NCBI GenBank assembly: GCA_051294905.1 | Contig: CM119385.1 | Coordinates: 14,942,001 to 15,006,000 of the forward strand | DNA: 64,000 nt | Source: Botryllus schlosseri | Taxonomy: Eukaryota | Direction: 5' to 3' | In this document: positions 24,180-36,500 of the stretch, piece after piece | Numbering within the stretch: the stretch's first letter is position 1 | How the letters are laid out: each line of letters begins with the position of its first letter | Translations under genes and position numbers: made by a program | The notes under the pieces: model-generated | Told to the model about the DNA's origin: nothing | What the model saw: the letters and a program-made list of their open reading frames with translations, nothing else | Database searches by the model: none

Positions 24180-25220
24180 CAGAGGTGGTCAGTGACGAAG
24201 TACTCAGGTAGTTTTCCTCTACTTCTGGTACTTACTCAAGTAGATCTTATTTTCGCTACTTCTACTTCGTAATATTTTGCGATCTACTTACTTACTTTTA
24301 GCTATTTTCAGTTTGCCACGTAGGAGTAGTTTAATCCCTCAATCAGGCAGATAGCCTGAAAAGTTGAGTAAAGCCCAGAATTTTCCTCGCGCTTCGCGCA
24401 CAGTGGATAGGAAGTAACCAGTATGATTTCACGAAAATATCGGTGAATATTATATTGGTAGCGGGTTTCGTGGTTCCATTCACACCACATTGTCGCGCAT
24501 ATGGAATATTTCATCACGGTAGCCTATATATGACTCGTCATGACGTTTCGCAATCTAGCATTTAGGCTACTTATATCGTAATCTAGCAGTCCATGGCGTG
24601 TCCTAATCTGGAAAATTAGACTCTAATTTTTTTAGTTTTAGACCTGTTTTAGCATACCCCCTTTGAAACTCTCTGGACTAAAGACATTAAATACATTTTC
24701 CGCTTTTAGAAGTAGTATTTATATTTCACTTTCAATTCCCAGTATCATACCCAGTTCTAAGTAGCATCAGTTCTTTTGCCTGGATAACATACATGTTGAA
24801 GTATACAAGCAACTGTAGTAATGCCTTTAATTTTCGGAAATAAAGGTACGCCGGGGCCTAGGCCCCGGGTACACAATATGGCATTTTTACGATCCACCAT
24901 ATTTTTTAACGTTTGCTAATCACGCAAAGTGTTTACACCATATCCTCTACAACTTCTCCGTATTGCTCTTCGACTAAACGACGGGTCTTATAATATTGGG
25001 GAGGGCGCCATACCATGATATTTTCTGAAACGAGCTGTTCGAGTAAACAGAGAATTAGTATCGCATTTCCATATCAATACTATCATTTTCATCCCATGAT
25101 GTGGACGAATGCTTATGCTGTCGAAAATTGGATATCTCCTGGTATGCATCAATGCGAATCAAGCTCAGCACCTTTCGCATAGCTCAATTTGCAGCTTTTG
25201 ACAATCCATGCGAACGAATG
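24180..25220. mobile_element. Inverted, truncated second copy of the 13280-14819 hAT family
   Basis: Begins cagaggtggtcagtgacgaag and aligns in reverse complement to ~13435-14819; the other TIR is missing. Confidence 0.85.
24851..24868. repeat. 18-bp perfect palindromic insert with 5-bp duplication
   Basis: gtacg | ccggggcctaggccccgg | gtaca; the equivalent site in the other copy (~13790-13805, reverse complement) reads aaagctacacaa with no insert. Confidence 0.7.
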
Positions 25221-25730
25221 GCAACGGTGTGCGTTTGATGTACGGATCATTTCGAGTTGTTTTAACGCCTTAATATAATTTTATTGTCTCATTCTTGTGG
25301 TGCTATGAATCGTGAAAATAGTAACAAATATATGAATGAAACCCTATAAAGTTATGACAATCACTAACCACTTGATGAAATTGCGGGAGTACAGTTAGCA
25401 AAAACAATTTACTGTGTTGACGTATACAATCTCGTGTTATAAGTCTGGGTCTGTCCTTTACCCGCCCGAGCCTGTGTTTCTGAAGGGAAATGGTTATTCC
25501 CGTCTGTACCACCCAATTGCTTGGACGATCGACATTCGATGGTTCATGAGTCAACACCAACATTATCCTCTCCTCTGTACCCCGGAATGCACTGAGTTCC
25601 ACGAACACCAGAAGCAAATCTGACCAGGCATTCAATTCACAACCCGCCCAATAAGCCCCACACGCTCTACCACTGTCCAACCTATCAAGGCATCCACAAA
25701 CGTTCGCAGTCTTCAGGGATATTGTTGCAT

Positions 25731-25736
25731 TTTATT
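25731..25736 (-). promoter_or_regulatory. Candidate poly(A) signal (AATAAA) for MRTF
   Basis: First minus-strand AATAAA I found downstream of the MRTF stop at 27509 (~1.8 kb 3'UTR if used). Confidence 0.25.
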
Positions 25737-27285
25737 GATTAAAATTGAATCAAAAACCACAAACTGATTGTAAGAAAGAGTCAAAAGTCACGAGCTAAGC
25801 AAAGGATCGATTACGGTTACGCGAGCAATACATTTACCGCGAGAGCGCTACTCTCTTCAGGAACTTGACACAGGAACAGAAAATAAATCAGGGTTCATCG
25901 TTTCATACCCGCATCTTGACTTGGCAACAGTTGCGAAAGCTGATACTTCGACCAGCTAAATCGCCGGTCAGGTTAAACGGGGTTGTGTCACAATTCGACT
26001 TACGAACATGCAATTACACGTAAGAAGATTTTGTGCCAGTAGAAAATTCACTATTCCGACTAACGATATTATTAGCTACTACAGAAGTGCGCTCACTCAC
26101 GCAACTTCTTCTATTTGGGAATGAGATTGGGGTGGGATAACCGCTATTATAGCACCATTTTGATGGCATATTAAATATGCAGACCAGTTACTTAAAGAGT
26201 CAGGAGGCCAAGACCATATTCCACCTTCCAACTAAGTAGGCCTACACATCAATTTCTATATCTTTTCAATTCCCAAACCCATTTGAGGTGAGACACAAAA
26301 ATAAGAGTGTTACTGACGCGAGGCGAAGACAGATCCGTCAGACTGTGTTGCTTATTGAATTAATGCCACAAAGTTATGTAGTCGGACATCTGATTCCAAG
26401 TTGTGCTATAAAATTGTGAATTTGGGTTCGGTTATGACTCGACAACGAGAATTATATTAATGATAATTCGCAATTACCATTGGAAGGCAAGTGATAATTT
26501 GCTGTAAATTACCAACCTAGCCCACCGAGTAGCAACACATCATAAGCTGGACCCAGCAAAGATGACGGAAGAAGTGCAAATTGATATTTCGACCATGGGC
26601 CGGAAAGGATGCTGTCAGACGGCCATAGATTTTATCACCTCGGAGATAAAAAGCGCGAATTAGTATTAAATTGCCGCAAAAAGAATCACATAACCAAGCG
26701 ACAATCATTATTCTCTCGAGAGCGCGGGCGAAATAAACGTGTGGGTTATCTTTCGAAAGCGGTAGAACAGATACATAAAATGAAAAATTGAGACAAAGTA
26801 TGATCGCAATATGAAACTTATAAAAAAAATGTACAGAATTTTGAAAAACAAGAAGGAAACACATCGACGACACTGCACATTTGGATCGATCTCCCTGCCG
26901 CGCGTTCAGAGCGGTTGTAACCGAGAGCATCCGCAAAACAACACAAACTCAAAACCACGCTGGCTTGGCCAGATCACAATCATTTACACTAGGTGAAGAT
27001 CAGATAGTCGGGCGAAATCCGGTGTGGTTAACATAGCAAGACAGAAAATTCAGCATAACGCATCACGACTAGGACAAAGAAACATCGCCGCTATTGCCGA
27101 AAGAGTCACAAATTCATTATAAGGCACACAGGCGATGATACGTTGGAAGCACGCTGCCCTACCGAGCTTGAAGTTAACAAAGCGGTCCGACAACTGTAAA
27201 CACAGCAAGTCACAATGTCAAGATCGCTAATTTTGGCAGTAGCAAGTACACTTTCACGACCGCAACGCAATCGGTTAATTGTAAG

Positions 27286-27467
27286 TAGGGCTTTGCAGAA
27301 TCGAGCATTATGCTTCGAGTCGAGTTTTCAACTATGAATCATAAGACATCATGTATGCAAGGTTAAATGTGTACCTTTCAGTGCTCTAAAAAAAGTATCT
27401 TCGACTCAAATCTTAGCATCAATACTCAATTCGGATTCGCGTACTCGAATCATTGTGCTCAGCCCTA
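27286..27467. mobile_element. Older, internally deleted hAT MITE of the tagggctgggc family, 41 nt downstream of the MRTF stop
   Basis: Ends tagggctttgca / tgctcagcccta; shares atgcttcgagtcgagt and tactcgaatcattgtgc with 49089-49565; flanks 5/8 match. Confidence 0.7.
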
Positions 27468-27508
27468 ATTTTATCATCGTTTCTTCCTCCGCACACACAC
27501 AAATTCAT

Positions 27509-30500
27509 CTATAAACCGTCCCACGCGTTACCAATGCAGTTCAAATCCAGCGAGTCAATTAAATCGAATTCGTTGGGCTGCGCCCCAAACCCGTACTGAT
27601 TACACCCCGGCTCGTGCTCTAATATAGACCCCATCGAGCTGTGCGTGGACTGACGATTCTGCGCCTGTAAATTCATCGGCGAGGGCACCGCCGCCGTCAA
27701 ATTCAAGTCCAGCCATCCCAAATCGTCAACCTGCATGTTGCAGTCCGTGTGCATGTGCTCTGTCAACAGTTCTTGTGAAGAAGACTTGACCAAATGCGAC
27801 TGGTGTCGACGCGGAGACGAACCGGCCAAGGGCTGTTCGTACCTCCTCGTGAAAGACTTTGTGTTACGCGGCAACGAGTCTAGACATTTGTCTAAAGACT
27901 GGGCAGAATCGTGAATTGAGGATGACGATAAATGTGGGTCGCCGGTACGTTCTTCCATCAGGCCGTTACGACGATGCCCATCGGCAGTCCCGGTGTCCAT
28001 TGGTGAAAAAGGCTGGCCCGCGTAAGGGTCTGTCAAATCTGAAAACGCGTCGTTTTTGGGGTCGTCTGGATCAAAATCAGAATTACCAGTATCGTGCCGT
28101 AAAACTACGGCTTCCGGCGATATACAACCGACATGATTAACCCTCCCTCTCAAATTACCCGGTGGCACATGCCCCGAGTCCATTAAAATATCGCCTGCAC
28201 TGCTTACTAGCAAACTCGTGAAATCAACACCGTCATTGCGCTGCGGTATACCATACTGCGAGTACGCCAGTAAATCGCCAGAGTGGCGCCGTTGGTACCC
28301 GTCGTCACGCCCGAGAAACGGTTGCGCTTCGAACGACGAGATTTCCAGCGAGTGTCTTTGCGGTTGGTGGGAGGCGTTGTCTCTGTCTTTGTTGCCTGTT
28401 CTTTGTAAGTGGTCCATGCTGTGCCGGTGCGCTATGGGAGGCCGGCTTTGCGTCTGACGGTGCCCGTAGTGGTAGTGCATGGAAGCGTGCTGCGGGACAC
28501 GGCCTTCGATGAGCGCCACTTGCGGAAAGGCTTTCTGCCTAGTCGGCGTGACTGGAATCTCTGCGAAGCGATAACAAGGTTTTAAGTCACCAAAAACGAA
28601 TGACAACAGTACAAATAGGTGATATTATTTTCAGGCAATACGAGGCTAGTAATATGCCTATTTTTAGTTGGACTTTCATAGAAATCACGGTACGTCAACC
28701 AAGGGTCATCATTTTGAGTTGTGCTTTTCATCCATCACATCTTTTTAGACACTTTACCATTTTAGGCTCACATCCATAACAAAGGCGGTCACATTTTGTG
28801 AGCGAAAATATATTCACCGTACAATAGCATCGAAAACCATCCAACTCACCTCCTTTTGTCTCCAACAACTCCAGCAAGTCGTCGACGTCATTGAAATCGC
28901 TGATGTTGGCGGGCGACCCGGTCATGTTGTCTTGACTTCCATAACTTTGATGGCTGTATCTCCGTTTGTCGTTCAGCATCTGCTTCAAAGAAAAGGAATT
29001 TCAGATTTAACATCGTCGCACGATTTCGTAGTGACGACGTGTGAAAATCGCAAACCACTCTCGCATACACTTTTGTTACTATCCTCTCTAACCATGAAAA
29101 TTTACGAGTCACCCGTAGACATACGAGGACAGATAAATTGACATATCAATTGGAGATGAGATGATTTTTTCAAAATACGTATTTACGATCACTTTGAAGC
29201 TAGATTTCGAATTGGACATGAAACATCGAGTGCCTTTGTGTATTGTCTGTTACCTTGGTCGCTGCACATCACAAGTGCTACTCATTGATTGCGCCTAGGT
29301 CAGTGGTTCCCAACCTTTTTCGACTCACCGCCCCCCTTATCAAGCTCGACACACATTTTCGCATACCTGAATAGCTTGGTCGTATTTTGGCGGCTCCTTT
29401 CCATCAGCAGTGCTTCTTTCGAGAGGCGGTTTAACGCTGAGCACGATCGTAGAGTCGTCCGTTTGTTGCGATGTTCCGGCCGTCGTACTGCGAAAGGGAA
29501 ACTCTTTTCAAGTCCGTCCTAACTTATCAGACAGAACCATCGCTCACCAAATTTTCAACACAAGAATCACCTAAAAGATTTATGGCACAAGCCTATCGAT
29601 TGTTACATACCACAAAGTTTCAACACATTATTAGAACACACCAATAGCAACACCAACACTTTTAAACACCAAAACACATACACACCAAAATTTTTAACAT
29701 AATAATTACACACCAAAATTTAAACACCATTATCCTGCAACTGATGAATTATTAAACAAAATCAGATCCGTGAAACACCAGAATTTTGAAACAGCTATTA
29801 AACAACGGCAATTTCAACGCAAGTGTACATTATCATTCGACAGAAACAGTATCTTACTTATCAACGGTATTGGACGGGACGAGAGACACGTTTGGGGGCA
29901 CGGGATTGCCCCCAAAAGCGAAAACGTTTTCCTGCGTTTCTTCCTTGATCAGCATCTGAAAGAAACATACCGTAAGTAAGTTACTGATGACGATGTGCGG
30001 TAACCGTTTCGCAACCTACCGGGTTGAGTCCGTTCAGAAACGCAGGCAGATCTTTGGTGTTGAGTTTGCTTTGCAAGTGCTTCTGAAGTACTTGAGAAAC
30101 GTGCTGCCTATTCATGCTTTGTTCGGCAGTTATCATATCTGTGTGTTGCTGGTCGGTCTAGATGAGAAATAGTGAATTTAAGAAGTGAGTCGGGACTTGA
30201 TAGATATTCAAGAACACTGGCATCCATAAACCAGTGTTTCTTCAGCCAAGGCGAGACTGAATCCAGTATCAGATAGCAATTGGGTCTCACCCACAGTATC
30301 ACATACTTTCACAAGATTATGGCACAACATAATATGGACCTTACCATATTTTGCATGGTATTCGTGGTTGCAGTGCTGCCGAGTTCAGGCGTGGTGTGTT
30401 CGACCTCGTGAATTTGACTGAGTTGCGTCCTAGACAAAGACGCGAGAACAAATTACTACAAATCAAACAAATTATAGTAATTATCCAGCGTAAGACGATT

Positions 30501-33500
30501 GCGAAAAATGGAGAAGGTATACGAGGAAAAACGTACTCAACACCAGACACCAGAGATGAACATGGATTTGGAATTGAATGAAATAGGATTTAACAATATT
30601 AACCGGATATGGATTTACGACGTGTTTTCAAGTTTGGACATAGGATTTCTAATATGTTCTAATATTCAAGCAATTTTTGAATCAATTTTAGTCATCATTG
30701 CATTCAGACAGGGATTTAGACACACCAACACGCACCTGTGCAGTTCGACGATACGTTTCAAATTCTCAATCTCCTGCTGCTGTTTGTGTAAGAGGTCGTC
30801 TTTTTGTTTTTCGCTGATTTCGAAGTTCTGACTCTGGCCCGGATTGGCGGTGTTGCCGCAGGCGCCGCTTACAGAGAACTGAGGTCCCGCCGCGGAGGAC
30901 ACCGACATGTTTGACATGCCGCCGGGCGACGGGTTTCCGCCATCGTTCTGCGCAGAAACAAAGTGAATTGTTTTTCCGAAAAACTTTGTGAAATATCAAA
31001 TATACTGTTTGAAATCCGTGTCTTACTTCATAATGGCATAAATGAGAACACGTGACTCACAAGTAGAAACACACATAAATCGGTATAAACATAATCTGAA
31101 TAACTTTATTTTTTCATTGCAATCCAACATAGGTAAAAAAAAAGTAGGATTATGCAGATTTTGTATATTCTGTTTACGATATGTGTTTCTAGCTATGAAT
31201 TGCGTGTTCTCACCTAGGCCATATAAACTGATATATGAATGAATTGAAATGAAAAAATAGAAACTTGTGCCACAAAAAGTCGCTTCGGAAGTTTTGGCTT
31301 GAAAGCCGATACTTGTGCCAAAAAAGTCGCTTCGGAAGTTTTGGCTTAAAAGCCGATACTTCCGAAGCGACTTCATTGGTACAGGTTTATAGGAATACTA
31401 TATGATAATCGTTCCGCATAAAATCACCACTCCCTAGGAATGCATGATGTCCACAAACCATCCCTATTCCACACCGCGTCGACTTACCGATTGCGAGTAT
31501 GTTCCGCTATGCGTTGCTGCTTGCGTTAGTTGAACCTGGCCGGCGCAATTGGGTGAATTCTGCGCGAACCGAAACGTCATCGACTTGATTTCCTGATTTT
31601 GTTGCGTCTCCATAGGCACCGCGGAGATGCCTTTCGACTCCTAGGTAAGCATGAAATTATTAAAAGAACCAGCGCTAAGAAAGGAATAACGGCCGCACAT
31701 GTCCAATAGTATTTGATCATTGTGCAAAAAACTACCATACCTGTTTCATCTCTTGCGATTGTTGCGCCGGCGAATTTGTCTTCATCAACATAGCACCACT
31801 TGCCCTGGAAAGCAAAACCAATGTAGAACTCACTCATAATCAACATAATCATCTGGACACTGAGTAAAATTGCAGTCCACACATTCATTTTGTAACGCCG
31901 TATAGATACAGAGAACTGTTTTTACACGAATAGAATTAATATATTTCACAAGATATGTAAAAGTCGGGCACATCAAGACATGCATTATGGCTGCAGTCAG
32001 TACATACAGATTTATTCGAATACGCCATATAGACGGAGAAAACCGTTATGATCCAACTAGAATTGACATCTATATTCCGCCCTAAACTTTCACTCAAGGT
32101 ATCTTACAAAAACCCTGGCAGTTCCCCTTACCCGTTGCTGTTCACAGCGGCAGCCAGAGCTTGTTCCGTGTTGGCCCTGATAGTGCTTTGGATGGTGGCG
32201 TTGATGAGACCGGTGATGCTGGCGTTGATCGGTTGATGCGCGTTTCTGAAATAAAATAATATTCGGTCGCGGAATGAGAGAAAATACGCCTGTACCAGCT
32301 ACTCACTGCGCAGGAGGAGTGGCAAACCTCTTCAGTCTTTCGATCAGAACTTCTTTGGTACCAGTGACCTGCGGCAAACAAGGTTACATTTAATTGTGAT
32401 TGCGGAGTGCAAAATACCCTGCATACCGGGATTCAACAGATGTGTCTCTTTAAAACAATGCCAATACTAAAGTATGACGGAAGGAAGTCAATTCTAGACG
32501 TAATTTCATGACTATGAATACGAGGGTGATACAAATACTTTTTCTGTCGTTGATCAACATTGCCGTACTGACTTTTTAACCAGGACAGAAAGCATTTCGT
32601 GTACTTTGCAACCAAAACATATGGTATATCAACATCATGTCATAGAGTATTGCAACATTACTGTGCGTACCATACTTGACTATTGGCACAAGGCTGTATC
32701 GTTAGCTATATAACTGACAAGTGACAATGATATACATAATTATATATATGTACGGAGGTGGTCACGGAGAAGTAACCTTTGGCACACAATTATAAGTAAC
32801 ATAGAACATTTCTACTCAAGTACACATAGAAGTAGTGGAAGACATTTCAAAGCTACTTCAAGAGGGAATAGAAAATGAGAGGCCTGATTATTTTTGCATT
32901 CTTATGCTACACGCCTGTGACCAGAACAGAAGTACCATTGCAAACTCCCATGTACTGGTAACTAAAAAGTAAGTATTCTCGGCCTAGTTTCGACTAAAAA
33001 ACTAATTAAACTATCAAAAGGTAGAAGTTCTTCGTTATTAACCACCTTTGCATTCGTAACACTACAGACCAACTTTGAATTCATTCCCACCTTTTCCTTC
33101 CTGGCCTTCAATTCCTCCTTGAGTTCAGCCACTTTCATGTCCTCCAACTGTTGAACGGTGAAACTTCTCACTTTCCTTTCTTGCTTGATGGGGTTCAGCA
33201 TAGGCGGGGCTGGGGCGGGCGGAGCGTTTGTCAAAGTGGAGCCGTCCATCATCTGGCTGCCTCCCGGAACCCTGTTGAAATTATTCTCGTATTGAACAAT
33301 GAACAGGGAACATACAAAACGAAACACTTTAGACCAGTGGTTCTCAACCTTTTTTGACACGCGCCCCCCTTGGAGATGGTCAAAAAACTCGCGCCCCCCC
33401 TGACCCCCCTTGCATTTATCGTCATGTCAAAAAGAGCACATCATCTAATACAGAGGTGGGCAACGTTTTTGATAATCATGACCGCATTTCGATTGCTTAT

Positions 33501-36500
33501 GTAGCGTAAGGCCGCATTCCAGGGCATAGCCGCAATGAACGATCTGGACGCAAAATTCCTACGGTAAACTGTCCATATCCATTCCCGGTGAACTCCGGAC
33601 TATTCTACTTTTCACAATGGCCTATTGTACGCACCGAAATCGCGAGTGGCAATGTTATGAATAGTTGCCGGGAGGTGCATATTGTCACGCGGAGCGCGAA
33701 AATTTTTCAGGGCCGCGAACGAATTGCTATTTCTTACCAATTCCCATTCCGGCTCAGATTAAGAAGGGCGCTACTGCATTAAAATAGAAAAATGAAGTCT
33801 TGTTGAATTGCGCGGAGGGCGAAGAAAATTTCAAGACTAATTAAAATCTCTCGAAAATGCAAGAGTGAATTCGTAATTGCAATTTGCATGTCTACGGCCG
33901 CCAACACATACTAATTGAATTAGGCGTCGACGGCCGCTCAAATTCCCTTCTACGGCTGCAGGCTGCCCACCCCTGATCTAATAGTATACATAAGGTATAT
34001 CTTACGCCAATTTTGAATCTGCATTCCAGTTGTTGAGTCTTTTACATTGCTGACAAATTTCTTCAAATTTGTTTGAAAATAACAAAAAACATTGAACAAG
34101 ACATCCATTAATTAATTTCAATGCAGGTCACCCTGAGACTAATCCTGATGCTGGTAGTGAGTACAGAGAGCAAGGCGTCGTTCTGTCCTGCCAGGCTAAA
34201 TTTGATCAGTTTTCGAAATGAATCAATTGTGTTGATTTATAGCCTAATTGAGGGCGAAACCGGGCAACCTATGTTGCATCTAAGTCTGTCTTAGGCAGTG
34301 CAGTTCGCAAGAGCTGCCCAGCGCGACAAGCTTTAGGCTACTGTCAAAGCTATGAAGCAATGAATGACTTACACGTGGGAATTTCAAAAATTTGCTCAAA
34401 TGAAGTTGAAATCAGACTATACTCAGTTGAGCGCTGTTACTAGAGTTTGTATTTTGCAAGCTTTGTTGAATATGGAATAAATTTCATCTTCATTAATCGT
34501 CTTCTCATAATGGATGTGAAACACATGTTCAGACACGTACAATTTATACTGACTTTGTCAATTTCTCGCGCCCCCCCTATACTGACTTCGTCAATTTCTC
34601 GCGCCCCCCCTGAGAGCCTCCCGCGCCCCCCAAGGGGGGCGCGCCCCCCAGGTTGAGAACCCCTGCTTTAGACACTTGGACAGAACATTTCAAATTTGAA
34701 AAACTACCTAACGTCTATCTGATCGCCACTACATCAAACCGATACTCGAAGCGAATGAAATGACCCTGATTCACAGGGGATTTCTTCAAAGTTAACGCTT
34801 GCACTTTGGAATTTCCCTCACGCATCAAACCCGCAAACTAGACAGAAAATTTTGACTCATGATAGCGCACAGCAAACTTTTCTCCTCGGCATAGATGAGC
34901 GTAGATTTGGTCATTTGTATATGGCTTTACGAAGTTTTTTTGAAGCTGAATTTGGATTTGACATAAAATTCGTATTCATTTCCAATGTTCATGCGATTTT
35001 CGAAAAAAATTCAGTCATTATAGGATTTGGACTTGGAAATGAATATATGATATATGTGCGACACCACGTCAAATACTGGTACTACGCAACCCAAACTATT
35101 CGGATAGTTGTGATTGTTACATCAGGCTCGCAAGTCTGCTTTACTGCATTAGAAATATTAAATCAGCTCATCTTACTTCTGATTGCCGACAAAATTCGGA
35201 TATTGCTGATTCATGATCTGCAGCTGAAGATAGAGCTGTTGCTGTTCCAGCAGTCTGGAGTACGGCGTGTCCATCGAGGGCGCGAGCTGCTCTGCGGCTT
35301 TTCCCTGCTGACAATGAAAGCGGCGAGTCAGCAACGAGTCGACGGGAATGGCTACCGCTGCGAGGACGTACCTGGTCGGGTGGAACGTACTGGTGGTACT
35401 TGAACTTTTTGAACTTTGGCTTGTCTTTCTTTTTGCGGAGGTTTCGTTGCGACAGTGACGATGGCGTGACTTTGGAAGACTGCAACAGATAGGTGGCCTT
35501 GTATAGAACGTGAGCAAAGCATAAATTATCACAAGCGCATGATGCTACTTGATTGGTAGCAGAGGCAGTGTCGCATATTTATACACGATTACAAGTGGAA
35601 ATAACACTCTACAACACACGCAAAAGTAGAAAAAGATAGGTTCGAGCAGTATGAGAATACATAGTTTCAAATGAAGTCATTGCTGCTATTGACTCTAGGC
35701 AATCTGAGGAAAAAGTAATGCCATATATCTATTAGAGATGTACAGGATCAGGATTTTGGATTCTAACAGGTCAGGAATCCGGGTGATTTTTTGGCAACAG
35801 GATTGGATCCGGATTTCAAATTTTACTGTTTTGCCGGATCCGGATCAGGACAGGATTTTTATTTGGACGAAAACATGATCAGAATCTTGTCAAATATGTT
35901 TTGATTCAGAAAAGGTAGAACTTATCTTCTCGTAGTTTATAAACTCTATTTCTTACAAGTAAAAGTCTGATAATACATATTTTCCGCGTAGGAAATTTCA
36001 GCGGCAGAAACGTCTTGAGCTGCTCTTTCGTCACATTTTGATGTTGGTTGATATCATTTGTGGTTCTTGTCTAATTCAGAATGTCAGAGATTTTAGAATT
36101 GATAGCTCAAAATGACATTATTAAGGCTGACGAAAACACCGTCACAAAGACTAAAAGTGATGCTTGGAGACAGTTCCTATACTTGGTAGGCAAGCGAGAT
36201 GGGAAATATGCTGGCTATGATTTGTGCTTGCTGCCAGTATCATGTCAAAAAGTTCAACTGATGAGCTCGAATACTATAATAAGAGTTACTTGAGTGACTC
36301 GGATATTGGAGATGGCATCGGCTTAGATGAATCCCAATACAATTGCTAGGTATTCAAATCCCAGTATACTTGCTGTTGGCTGTTGGTAAAATCAATATTA
36401 GTATTCCTGTATCAAGTGCATCCATGAGGGTAAAGGGCGTTCAGTTTATGTTGAACTACTATTGAGAAAAAAAGATCCTCACTCTCAGCTTACAGCTTAG

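Noticed and set aside
26517-26936. 139-aa hydrophobic minus-strand ORF
   Set aside because: Falls in the T-rich presumptive MRTF 3'UTR; the hydrophobicity reflects base composition.
31577-31888. 103-aa ORF that looks like a small membrane protein
   Set aside because: Out-of-frame read across MRTF exons 11-12 and their introns.
34852-35403. 183-aa plus-strand ORF
   Set aside because: Antisense shadow of MRTF exons 6-7.
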